Source of the DNA: an uncultured Candidatus Bathyarchaeia archaeon
GTDB taxonomy: Archaea; Thermoproteota; CALKCG01; B24; JAWCPE01
Length of the DNA stretch: 64,000 bases
Direction of reading: 5' to 3'
NCBI GenBank assembly: GCA_964396445.1
Contig: CAYNFI010000001.1
Coordinates: forward strand, 30,971 to 94,970
Positions 1 through 8,738 of the stretch are shown piece after piece (the stretch's first letter is position 1; each line of letters starts with the position of its first letter). The notes beneath the pieces were generated by a model that saw only the letters and a list, made by a program, of their open reading frames with translations, was not told where the DNA came from and searched no databases. Both the position numbers and the translations under genes were made by a program.

Positions 1-1
1 G

Positions 2-217
2 ATTGAGGAGCCACCTGATATATTCCATGCAGGGCATATACATATCTTCAAGTATAGAAACTACCGTGGAACACTTATTGTAAACTCAGGCACCTGGCAG
101 AGCCAAACAAGCTACCAGAGAAAAAACGGGTTAAACCCAACCCCAGCCCATATTCCGATTGTGAACCTCAAAACTCTGCAGGTAACCCCCCTAGACTTCA
201 CTCAAATAACTGTATAA
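2..217 (+). CDS. C-terminal fragment (5' end outside the window) of a calcineurin-like metallophosphoesterase, most likely the DNA polymerase II (PolD) small subunit DP1
   Basis: Frame-2 translation reads ...PDIFHAGHIHIFKYRNYRGTLIVNSGTWQSQTSYQRKNGLNPTPAHIPIVNLKTLQV*, with the GHxH phosphoesterase motif and a tail that, from my memory of DP1 C-termini, resembles them; stop at 215-217; the ORF runs off the window start. Confidence 0.45.
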   Translation: MEEPPDIFHAGHIHIFKYRNYRGTLIVNSGTWQSQTSYQRKNGLNPTPAHIPIVNLKTLQVTPLDFTQITV

Positions 218-795
218 TCTAGAGGTGGGAAGGAATCGGCTATGATCTTCGCGATTCTTAGAGGCTCAGGAACCTTCCCGAAGAAAGTTGTATTCCGGAT
301 TAAACCACCCGCCGCCTCAGGCTGCATACCAGCAACCTCAAAGTAAAGCGTAAAACCAGTTGGTAGTTCAAGCCTTATCGGTGGACCTGCATGCTTGATC
401 AAAAACATACGGTGTTCCCAATCTTGAAAATGGAGTTTAAGCGCGGCTTCAACAGCGATGGGATCTGGTTTAACATTGATAACGGTGATTACGGGGCGTT
501 CAAACACGTTGTATAAACGTGTTACGTCGACTATGTTAAATCCTCCGTATGGAAGCCCGTGGAGAAGGATAACTTTCATAGACCTTCCCACTTTTTCCCC
601 CATCTCAATGATACGAGAAGTCACGTCTAAACCATCGACATCGATCGCTGAGGCAATTACTCGGTTTATGAACGTGCCTGAAGTTAGAACTCCGATAATG
701 GGGGCTTTTAACATTCTTTGCCCAGAAGGAGAGGTGAAGCACCCATCCTCAACGGTGAGAATCATCGGTTCTCGCAAGGGTTTAACTTCAGACAT
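202..795 (-). CDS. Hypothetical protein of 197 aa (possibly a UPF0215/DUF99-like archaeal family)
   Basis: Uninterrupted ORF between the DP1 fragment and orc1 on the same strand as orc1; the family assignment is from memory only. Confidence 0.5.
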   Translation of the reverse strand: MSEVKPLREPMILTVEDGCFTSPSGQRMLKAPIIGVLTSGTFINRVIASAIDVDGLDVTSRIIEMGEKVGRSMKVILLHGLPYGGFNIVDVTRLYNVFERPVITVINVKPDPIAVEAALKLHFQDWEHRMFLIKHAGPPIRLELPTGFTLYFEVAGMQPEAAGGLIRNTTFFGKVPEPLRIAKIIADSFPPLDYTVI

Positions 796-818
796 GGTTA
801 GTGATTATGACGGGGCAT

Positions 819-2054
819 TTAAACAATCTTTTGTAGGTAGTTAGGGGTATAGTTCAGGAGTGAGCTTAAGTGAATGTCGCCTCCAAGCTGGTTACTGGCA
901 ACAGATGGTGTTATGGCTAGTCGCACTTTTTTGGACCTACCATGCCTTCCAAGGCTTACGAGTTTTGCGTTTATCACTCCAAGAGTGTCTAACTCGTTTA
1001 TTAAGCCGCTAACCCTGCGTTGTGTTAAAGGTTCAACGCTTACCTCACCACAGAGTTCACTGTAAACCTCATAGATGTCTCCGGTTAAAGAGTTGTTTAC
1101 GTTGGCTCTGTGAAGTAGGAAGATGCTATAAAGGACAAGCCTCTGATGTAAGGGAAGTGAATTCAAAACTTCGCTAACCCTATCCTGCTCAATTTTTCGC
1201 TGAGCCTTCCTCACATATTCCTCAGTGACTATGTTGACTCTTTCACGCTCAGCAATCTCTGCAGCCGCCCGCAGGAGGTCGAGCGCCCTCCTTGCATCAC
1301 CATGTTCAGTCGCAGCTAGAGCCGCACATAGGCGTAAGGCAGAATCGTGGAACCCGTTTTTAACAAAAGAGGCATGGGCCCGTTCGAGGAGTATATCGTA
1401 CAACTCATCAGCTGTGTAGGGTTTGAATACGATCTCTTCCTCGCTGAGACTGCTTAAGACGCGGGGGTCTAAGAGATCCTTAAAATTGAGGTCGTTTGAG
1501 ATACCTATAAGAACGACTTTACCAACATTAGATGTCTCATTTATTCGCGTTAATTCATAGAGTAGATTATCACCATGGTATTTAACGAGTATATCGACTT
1601 CGTCTAGGACCGCGACTAAGATACCGCCATGAGAGGTTAATCCTTGCTTGAAACGGTCGAAAACCTCGCCTGTAGCCAATCCTGTGAATGGGACGCGTAT
1701 ATGGACAGCATCGCATAGAGATGATAGGACTCTGTAATCTGTCCCTACAAGACGGCAGTTTACGTAACAGGCCTTAACAGGTACATGCACCTCATCACTT
1801 TTCCGAATGAGGTGACCTAATACGAAGTGTGTTACCGCTGTCTTACCGGTGCCAGGCTTCCCATATACGAAGATGTTAGAACATCTAACACTTTGAAGAA
1901 CGGGTGCTAAGGTCCAACCGAGTCTTTGGATTTGTTCGTCACGGTGAGGAAGGTTTTCTGGGACATAATCAGGTCTTAAAACCTCACGGTTCATTAGAAG
2001 AGAGGAGTCTCTTAGAAAATGGTCGAATATCTCAGATAATTGTTGTTGAACCAT
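819..2054 (-). CDS. orc1: Orc1/Cdc6 replication initiator (AAA+ ATPase with C-terminal winged helix)
   Basis: Walker A motif GKPGTGKTA, Walker B motif VLDEVD, N-terminus ...YVPENLPHRDEQIQRL, and a winged-helix tail; 411 aa. Confidence 0.9.
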   Translation of the reverse strand: MVQQQLSEIFDHFLRDSSLLMNREVLRPDYVPENLPHRDEQIQRLGWTLAPVLQSVRCSNIFVYGKPGTGKTAVTHFVLGHLIRKSDEVHVPVKACYVNCRLVGTDYRVLSSLCDAVHIRVPFTGLATGEVFDRFKQGLTSHGGILVAVLDEVDILVKYHGDNLLYELTRINETSNVGKVVLIGISNDLNFKDLLDPRVLSSLSEEEIVFKPYTADELYDILLERAHASFVKNGFHDSALRLCAALAATEHGDARRALDLLRAAAEIAERERVNIVTEEYVRKAQRKIEQDRVSEVLNSLPLHQRLVLYSIFLLHRANVNNSLTGDIYEVYSELCGEVSVEPLTQRRVSGLINELDTLGVINAKLVSLGRHGRSKKVRLAITPSVASNQLGGDIHLSSLLNYTPNYLQKIV

Positions 2055-2175
2055 ACTGACCCTGGATAGATGCGTTAGTAACTCTAAGGACTAAGCCTCC
2101 TGCATAAAAGATTAACAATAAAAAAAATTCGATAATAGCCCTGAATTTTCTAATTAAAAACTTCAAAAGCCCCAG

Positions 2176-2196
2176 CCCCCTGTTTCCACTCCAACC
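2176..2196. repeat. ORB-like element 1 (tGGAGTGGAAAcagGGGGG on the minus strand)
   Basis: Direct match to the second copy at 2546-2568, with a shared TTTCCACTCCA 11-mer and flanking C-run. Confidence 0.4.
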
Positions 2197-2545
2197 GATA
2201 CCTAAAATCATGGACAGTTGAAAAAATAAAACAGGTATAAAGGAAAAATTCGTGTTCATTGTAAACATTTTTCGAGCAGAGATTATTTATGTCTTAAAAA
2301 TAATAAACAAGGCGGTTCCTATTCTGTTATAATAACAGAATAAGGCCCCATATTTTCCAATGATATGTTCCATAGGAAGTGAAGGGGTGGGAGTATCGTA
2401 AAATACTATACCTCTTAAGCGTTCATTCAATAGGCCCAAATGCTTTTGTGAATGACGTGAAGTTAGAAATCCTTGATTATGATAGTGTAACTGAAATCTG
2501 CGACTATTTAACATTTCGTAACAAGTTTTTTCACCAATTCAAGAA

Positions 2546-2568
2546 CCCCTTTATTTCCACTCCACGAT
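2546..2568. repeat. ORB-like element 2
   Basis: Same core as the element at 2176-2196; the two flank about 350 nt of very AT-rich sequence, a candidate DNA-unwinding element (DUE). Confidence 0.4.
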
Positions 2569-2739
2569 TTTCCCCGTTAAGATTCTATGCGCATATTCTG
2601 TTATAGCCTCTTTGTGAACCTGCGAATAGAGATCTAACCAAAATTCTAAGTTTTTCTCCATTTCTACTCCTTAAATTAGGCTTTTTAGTACACCGATCCC
2701 TTCACAATTTTTTTATTTCGCTAATAAAGTAACTGTGAA

Positions 2740-3189
2740 GTGAAAGGTGGCAGGATGGCGTCAAAACTGCGTTTTCAAGCCTCTGACACTCAGGGAAATA
2801 GATTCACAATCACCTTTGAAGGGAACGTTTCCCGGGAGAAAATTCTACAAGTCCTAGACCTTATGGAGCTCTTAGGCGGCATCTCCTCTAAAAACACGGT
2901 TCAGGAGGATTCCGGAAGCTTAGATGAATCTACCAAACTTGAAAGGGTACGTGCGCTACTTACGAAGAAATTTCCTATAGGCTGGTTCTCCTCCAAAGAT
3001 GTCCAATCTGTTTACGAAGAAGTTTACAATGAACCCTTAGTTCTAAGTACTGTTTCAACATACCTTCAGAGATTATCAGGAGATAATTTTCTTTTGAAAT
3101 CGGGTTCTAGAGCATTAAGACGGTATAAAATTAACAGGCTTCCACTTAGTAATGAAGGTCATGGGAAGCTTAGACCCTCCTATTTATAA
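2740..3189 (+). CDS. Hypothetical protein with a C-terminal winged-helix-like segment
   Basis: GTG start; the C-terminal segment SSKDVQSVYEEVYNEPLVLSTVSTYLQRLSGDNFLLKSG...YKI looks like a wHTH; AT-rich codon usage. Confidence 0.4.
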   Translation: MKGGRMASKLRFQASDTQGNRFTITFEGNVSREKILQVLDLMELLGGISSKNTVQEDSGSLDESTKLERVRALLTKKFPIGWFSSKDVQSVYEEVYNEPLVLSTVSTYLQRLSGDNFLLKSGSRALRRYKINRLPLSNEGHGKLRPSYL

Positions 3190-3916
3190 AGCTTCGGATT
3201 CTTTCATTGACTCTGTAGATATATGGGAGTTTCTGCGAATCCCTTTCAACATATCCCTCTAAGTAAAGTTTCTTCATAAGCCGCGCTGTATGTTCACGTG
3301 TTTTCCCTAAAGCTTTCTCAATATCTCTTGAAGTTTTTGCACCTTGCCCCCCTAGAATAGTTAACACCTGTAACTCCGTCTGTGTTAAACGCGAAATAAC
3401 CTCTTCTCCCCCAGCCAAGAGAGTCTGCACCCCCACCTTTTCCTCTATCATTGGCTGTGTAACCTCACCAGCCGCGTGGGCGTCATAGGCGGATTTCAAA
3501 ATCATAAACTCCTTCTCCAACTCATCTATGCGTCTAAGTTTACTCCGATTTTCCTCCATTCTTAACACTTTACTCTCCAACTTTCTGAACTCTTCCCTCT
3601 GTGAAATACCTTGGCTTAACGCTTTCTTGCTCGCATCCAAGGATAGGGTAACCGCCTTCTCTAATCTCTCTAAAGGTAAACCCGTCCTACCCCGTTCACC
3701 CCTTAGTTTTTTAATAGAGGCGGAATGTTCTTCCAAGTACCGCCTTATTGACTCAATGGTTACGTCATACGTTTGCAGACGTCGGCTGTACGTGGCTAGA
3801 ACATGTCTTAACATATTCCTTATCTCTTTATACTCCCCGCTAACACGCTGTAACTTCTGGGCATAGAGGACTAGCAACATGATTGACAGTAGCAAAAGCG
3901 CAGCCAATTCAATCAA
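3170..3916 (-). CDS. Hypothetical membrane-anchored coiled-coil protein with a C-terminal wHTH
   Basis: N-terminal hydrophobic helix MIELAALLLLSIMLLVLYA, a long heptad-rich central region, and a C-terminal wHTH ...TSRDIEKALGKTREHTARLMKKLYLEGYVERD. Confidence 0.5.
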   Translation of the reverse strand: MIELAALLLLSIMLLVLYAQKLQRVSGEYKEIRNMLRHVLATYSRRLQTYDVTIESIRRYLEEHSASIKKLRGERGRTGLPLERLEKAVTLSLDASKKALSQGISQREEFRKLESKVLRMEENRSKLRRIDELEKEFMILKSAYDAHAAGEVTQPMIEEKVGVQTLLAGGEEVISRLTQTELQVLTILGGQGAKTSRDIEKALGKTREHTARLMKKLYLEGYVERDSQKLPYIYRVNERIRSFINRRV

Positions 3917-3955
3917 TGTAGTTGTTTCGATTTCTTTTACCCCCTGATCATATGC

Positions 3956-4507
3956 TTAACTCTTACGCTCAACCTCACTCCGTAAAAGATTAAGGATGAC
4001 ATCGATCTTTGTTATAATCCCTAACATTTTACTCCCTTCCATGACCAGAAGGGCTGAAGCCCCTCTTGACAACGTAAAAATAACATCCTCCACATCTGTG
4101 TTGGGTGGTATTGACGGAAAAACCTCTTCCATAACGTCTTGGACGGGGGTTTCAAAGAAACTACGTACATCCCTTACATGCGTAAGCCGTTTCAAAATAA
4201 GGGATTCCTGAATACTCCCCACAGGGTAACCATTTCTCATTATAGGCAACTGTGAGATATCATATCTCTTCATCAACTCAATCGCCGTCCTTATAGGATG
4301 AGAGGTCTCAACGTATACTACGGGGCCATGCATAACTTCACTAGCAATAGTTGCTTTAGGCCGTGAAGTGTTAATCGTATCAAGAATCCTTTTCAAAGTT
4401 GAAAGTCTAGGGTCAACAGTTCCCTTCTCGATCCGTGAGACAAGGGACTGGCTTAATCCCGCCCTACTAGCTAACTCTTTCTGCGTAAGGTTAGCTGCTA
4501 ATCGCAT
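3956..4507 (-). CDS. Transcriptional regulator with an XRE-type HTH and a CBS-domain pair
   Basis: HTH LTQKELASRAGLSQSLVSRIEKG followed by two CBS-like repeats; the ATG at 4507 sits just before the HTH; the ORF-track start at 4591 is probably an over-extension. Confidence 0.75.
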   Translation of the reverse strand: MRLAANLTQKELASRAGLSQSLVSRIEKGTVDPRLSTLKRILDTINTSRPKATIASEVMHGPVVYVETSHPIRTAIELMKRYDISQLPIMRNGYPVGSIQESLILKRLTHVRDVRSFFETPVQDVMEEVFPSIPPNTDVEDVIFTLSRGASALLVMEGSKMLGIITKIDVILNLLRSEVERKS

Positions 4508-4517
4508 TACCCTTAAA

Positions 4518-4574
4518 CTGTGACCTGACGGTATCACATGTGACATTAAACGTATCCCAAATGATATGTCACAT
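4518..4574. promoter_or_regulatory. Putative operator: inverted ATGTGACAT repeats upstream of the XRE-CBS regulator
   Basis: atgtgacat at 4538-4546 and its reverse complement atgtcacat at 4566-4574, plus ctgtgacct at 4518-4526; located 11-67 nt upstream of the proposed start codon. Confidence 0.35.
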
Positions 4575-4867
4575 AGGATGAAGATAAGCATTGTTATTTA
4601 GATCTTAGGGTTCCTTAAGACTTGGATATCTCTAAACATCAAATATTTGCAGAACTCATAGGGCCTATAAAATATACATTATGACGCCCTTCTACCCGTT
4701 TAATTATCTTAAGCTATTAGTAGTTATGAATAAAGAGGATGGTGAGGAAATCTTATTGATGGTAGGTTTGGGTGTATTCTCCATGGATGAAAGGGGTTCA
4801 TAACACCTCTGTAGAAAGATTTAAGAGTTGCATAGAATGGATACATTTTTGTAGACAGAGGGTATAT

Positions 4868-5353
4868 ATGGCTGAATGGGAACATGATCTTAAAGGTTGG
4901 TTGAATTCTGTTCTAGATGACCAAATGGTTAAAATATTATTAAGCGAGAGCTCTTTAACCAGAAGACAGTTCGAGGGACTTCTAATCGACATTTTGAGCG
5001 AAGAAATAGTACAGAAAAGAATAATATACACGGAAAAAGCAAAAATACTACCAAAAAGCGTTACAAGGGGCGCATATAACAGGATACTCACCCAGGCGAG
5101 GAGGAACGTGGTAAAAGCTTTTTTTACTTTATACCTCTTAGGTTACTTAGGTTTATTAGACCTAACACAGTTAAACGATTACATACACTTCGGAAACGAG
5201 ATTAAGGATTACATAGACGCGTATAAAAAAAATGAGAGAAAGGGAGGGGAAGAGATTAATGAGAAGGTTTTAAAAGCCATTCATAAAGAACTTCTAGATA
5301 AAACAAACATGTTGGCTAAACCGTCTTCACTAAAACCCTTAAGCAAGCTGTGA
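4868..5353 (+). CDS. Hypothetical protein with a possible sigma-70 region-4/LuxR-like C-terminal HTH
   Basis: AT-rich ORF; ATG at 4868 (an alternative at 4925 is preceded by a tatata box at 4862-4869); the segment ...VTRGAYNRILTQARRNVVKAF resembles an HTH. Confidence 0.45.
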   Translation: MAEWEHDLKGWLNSVLDDQMVKILLSESSLTRRQFEGLLIDILSEEIVQKRIIYTEKAKILPKSVTRGAYNRILTQARRNVVKAFFTLYLLGYLGLLDLTQLNDYIHFGNEIKDYIDAYKKNERKGGEEINEKVLKAIHKELLDKTNMLAKPSSLKPLSKL

Positions 5354-5450
5354 TATGTGATGTATAAAAAGTTAAATTACCTTACATGTGACGCATAAAA
5401 ACCATGGATGATAACACTAAGTAACATTATTTGTGATACGTGATATCACT
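5350..5450. promoter_or_regulatory. Cluster of TGTGAT / ACATGTGAC motifs and a 10-bp palindrome (gtgatatcac) upstream of the FtsX-family permease gene
   Basis: gtgatatgtgatgta at 5350-5364, acatgtgacg at 5384-5393, and gtgatatcac at 5440-5449; also tgtataaaaa at 5361-5370, which is TATA-like. Confidence 0.3.
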
Positions 5451-5511
5451 TACCCTTATATTTCTCAAGTGTTTGATAACGTTCGAGTAACGACGGCGGA
5501 GCTGCCTCGAA

Positions 5512-8500
5512 GTGTTGAGACGAACCTACTTACTCACAGTCACTGCTATCTTAACCCTCACCATCATAAGCTTAGGCTCCGGGGTCTCCGCTCAACTTGA
5601 GAAAAATTTTATAGATATCTACGGTACGGTTTATGATGTGAATGGAAAAATTATATCAAACGCGACCGTGATAGTGTTTGACTGGGCTACACTCAACCAC
5701 ACAGTTCGTCAAACCGATTCATCTGGGTACTATTCTATCTCTGTAAAGGGGGTAGAACCATGGGGTAGACACCAATACATCATCTATGTTTATCATAGAG
5801 ACCCCCGAACAGGAGCGATAGACTATATTCCCGCCGTGTATCCTGAGAACATCTATGCCCCGGAAAACCGCGTCACAGAGTCTAGGGAGGTTTCTTTCAG
5901 GTTACATCCCGGCGCCACAGTCAACTTAACTGGCGGGGAACCTGGTGTAGAAGTTTGGAATATTATAAGCTTGGGGAGGCCTTTATGGTATACTTTCGAA
6001 GTTGTTATACCTCAACCTAACTGGACAAAGCCAGTGTTGGGTGTACCCTACATCAGCGTATACGGGAACGCTCCTTATAGGTACGAACTTGCACCTGATG
6101 TGCGATTTATTCCACTAGGCCTTTTTAACAAGAGTTTCAGGGAGCAAGGCTCAGTAAACGTCATTGTTCCAGCTGGAGTTCAAGTTAAGATAATGGGAAA
6201 GGCGGAGATAGTCAATAAGCGAACGCAAACACGTGAGCCTATCAGCTTTTTCATCGATTTAAATGGGCAACCCTTCAACCTTTCCCAAGGGGAGTTGATA
6301 ACGATCGATGTACGCACTTACTCCTATATGTCCAGCGTACAAGCGTTGAAAACACTCGTGGCGGATATCGAAAAGCGTTTAGTTGAAGCAGAATACGTCG
6401 GCTTCTTCGCTGGAGCTGAAAGAGAAGACCTTCAGGCTATTTCAGAGACGATAGTTAGAGCGGAGTTAACGCTTAAGGGAGGTACTAGTGAAGATCTAAA
6501 AGAGGTACGTTTCAAACTCCTTGAGGCAGCATACGCAAATATTGAGAACCTTGAAAGACGCATTAATGATATGTACCTCCTCGCGCAGTCTCATTCCATC
6601 TTCTTCCCCCCATTCTTCGCCGTCTTCATGGTCGTCTTCGCCTCATTCCTCTTCGAAAACAATAGGAAAAAGATCATTACCTCACTCATTCTCTACCCCT
6701 TAGTGGTCGCCGCGCTTTTCTACATCTACCCTGGGTTCACACTTGTTCTTAAGACTATAGTTAACCTAAACCTCTTAGTCACGCAGATACCTGTTCGCGG
6801 TGACCTGTTATTCTCAAGCGTTACAATCCTATCCATCGTACTCACCTTAGCCATTTTCTTCCTGTTTCCAAGGATCTACAAGGAGCCTATAGTTGAGGGA
6901 AAAGCTCCACTTCGAAACGTTGTCCCAGTCATCTTCTCTATAGGTAAGAGAAACGTTAAACGAAGGAAGCTTCGAAGCGCCTTCTGCATACTGTCCATAA
7001 TGATCCTTGTCCTAGGCTTCACAGCCCTAACCTCTTTCTCCCGTGTTTGGGGCATAGTAGTTGAAGGACCCACAACAACAACGGCGTCGGTTAACGGAGT
7101 CCTTCTACAGAGACCTGTTCCTGATAAGACTTCTATAGGTTTCTTCGACTTACTTGAAGCTGAATCCCTTAAAGACTACGGGGCGGGCATAATCGTACCT
7201 AAGGTTGAGAACCAACCATCAGACCGACCGGTTCTTTACATCAACTACTCCCGTGGACAGGTTTGGGAGATCTACGGGGTCGCTGGTGTTATCCCAAGCT
7301 ACGAGGACCGTGGTGTAACCCAGATAAGTAGTTACATCACTGGTGCAACCAACGTTTCCCAAGGAATTGCCCTTAGCAGAACGCTAGCGGATATACTAGG
7401 TGTTTCAGTGGGCGGCTCCTTACAGGTTTTAAATGAGAACGGCAAATTCTATGGAAGCCTTAAGATCATAGGCTTCCTCGACGATTCCTTCTTTAGACTA
7501 AACGATATCAATGGGCTTCCCTTTACCCCGGCTAAGTTCAGAGGCGCCGATGTCGTTAGAACTAATGAAACTGAAACCCTGGTCTTCACTTGGACAGACA
7601 TAGACCAGATGAGGGCGTTTCTCAACCCCGACAGTCGACCTAGTGAAAGACTTGGGATCTCAAGGATCTTCGTTTTCCTAACAGACATCACAGGGGGGAA
7701 GCTGGGGGACTTCGGGAATAGGATGGCGTTGAAGGGTTATATGGCATGGGTTTTTGAATCTGGGAAGCTTACGAAGTATTACACGGGTGAGAAGTTCGAG
7801 GTAAAAGGGGTTGAACAGTTCCTGATCCCCTTCATCCTCGTCGTTTTAAACGTGATGATGGTTATGATGAACCTCCTCTTTGAGCGTAACCGGGAGCTAC
7901 CTCTACTCTCCACACTAGGCCTCAACCCCGCGCACATCGCGAGCCTTTTCCTCGCCGAGTCCATCGTCATGGGCTTCATAGGTGGAGGGCTAGGCTACCT
8001 ACTGGGATTAGGGTCCTATCGCTTGATGACGTTGCTGGGTCCCACTGGCCAGATCGGGGTTAGAGAAAAGCTTGAGTGGTATTGGGGCGTTATCGGTATA
8101 GGCATCGCTCTTCTCGTAACCGTTGTCTCAGCAATCAGACCGGCTACGCGGGCGGCTATGATGGCCACCCCCTCCATGGTTAAGAAGGTTAAGCTGACTG
8201 AACCTGAGCAAAGAGAGAGGGAGAAGGAGTTGTTCAAGGTGTACACAGGGCGGGTTTACAGCATGCCGATAAGGGTTCATGAGAAGGAAGCCCCCTTCTT
8301 CTTCTCCTACCTCTTGGATAGATTAAGGGAATTGTCAGGGCTCCACTATGAGAGAGTTGAAGACCTTACTACCGATGAGCAGGTTATGACAGACGGCACG
8401 AGGATTATTAAGAACAGCTTCACCTACAGCTTCATCGAAGGTAGGAACCAGTACTCAACCATAAATGAATTAACGGCTACAAAGAAGCCGAAAACAGACT

Positions 8501-8637
8501 ACTACTTCCTATCCTTCACCTCGAAACCCAAGGCACCTGGCATACCCGAACACGCCGTCGAAGTCACCGTAACCGTTATGAAGGATATACTCCTCGACTG
8601 GAACACGAGGAAGAGTCAGATAATGGGTCTACGCTAG
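5512..8637 (+). CDS. FtsX/MacB-family ABC transporter permease with a large extracytoplasmic N-terminal region
   Basis: GTG start; signal/TM helix; a carboxypeptidase-regulatory-like beta segment IYGTVYDVNGKIISNATVIVF; multiple TM helices; C-terminal FtsX-like block LGLNPAHIASLFLAESIVMGFIGGGLGY; 1041 aa; no adjacent ATPase gene. Confidence 0.75.
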   Translation: MLRRTYLLTVTAILTLTIISLGSGVSAQLEKNFIDIYGTVYDVNGKIISNATVIVFDWATLNHTVRQTDSSGYYSISVKGVEPWGRHQYIIYVYHRDPRTGAIDYIPAVYPENIYAPENRVTESREVSFRLHPGATVNLTGGEPGVEVWNIISLGRPLWYTFEVVIPQPNWTKPVLGVPYISVYGNAPYRYELAPDVRFIPLGLFNKSFREQGSVNVIVPAGVQVKIMGKAEIVNKRTQTREPISFFIDLNGQPFNLSQGELITIDVRTYSYMSSVQALKTLVADIEKRLVEAEYVGFFAGAEREDLQAISETIVRAELTLKGGTSEDLKEVRFKLLEAAYANIENLERRINDMYLLAQSHSIFFPPFFAVFMVVFASFLFENNRKKIITSLILYPLVVAALFYIYPGFTLVLKTIVNLNLLVTQIPVRGDLLFSSVTILSIVLTLAIFFLFPRIYKEPIVEGKAPLRNVVPVIFSIGKRNVKRRKLRSAFCILSIMILVLGFTALTSFSRVWGIVVEGPTTTTASVNGVLLQRPVPDKTSIGFFDLLEAESLKDYGAGIIVPKVENQPSDRPVLYINYSRGQVWEIYGVAGVIPSYEDRGVTQISSYITGATNVSQGIALSRTLADILGVSVGGSLQVLNENGKFYGSLKIIGFLDDSFFRLNDINGLPFTPAKFRGADVVRTNETETLVFTWTDIDQMRAFLNPDSRPSERLGISRIFVFLTDITGGKLGDFGNRMALKGYMAWVFESGKLTKYYTGEKFEVKGVEQFLIPFILVVLNVMMVMMNLLFERNRELPLLSTLGLNPAHIASLFLAESIVMGFIGGGLGYLLGLGSYRLMTLLGPTGQIGVREKLEWYWGVIGIGIALLVTVVSAIRPATRAAMMATPSMVKKVKLTEPEQREREKELFKVYTGRVYSMPIRVHEKEAPFFFSYLLDRLRELSGLHYERVEDLTTDEQVMTDGTRIIKNSFTYSFIEGRNQYSTINELTATKKPKTDYYFLSFTSKPKAPGIPEHAVEVTVTVMKDILLDWNTRKSQIMGLR

Positions 8638-8738
8638 GGCCCTCATAAGAGCATCACATTTTATAATCTATGGATATAATGTCTAACATCTAAGGGTTTA
8701 TAATGAGTATGTAAAAACCTATTACAGGGGTAAAGAAC

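Larger units (their letters stand above)
2055..2739. promoter_or_regulatory. Putative replication origin (oriC): AT-rich intergenic region beside orc1 containing ORB-like repeats
   Basis: A 685-nt AT-rich region with poly-A/T tracts and no credible CDS; two about-20-nt direct repeats, ccccctgtttccactccaacc and cccctttatttccactccacgat, whose reverse complement GGAGTGGAAAcaGGGGG resembles the archaeal ORB core plus G-string. Confidence 0.45.

Noticed and set aside
458-1419. Plus-strand ORFs inside the UPF0215-like and orc1 genes
   Set aside because: They lie antisense to well-supported CDSs and show no recognisable features.
2032-2606. Three short ORFs (2032-2268, 2287-2514, 2379-2606) in the orc1 upstream region
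   Set aside because: They are low-complexity translations of an AT-rich intergenic region and overlap one another. The region is better explained as origin/promoter DNA.
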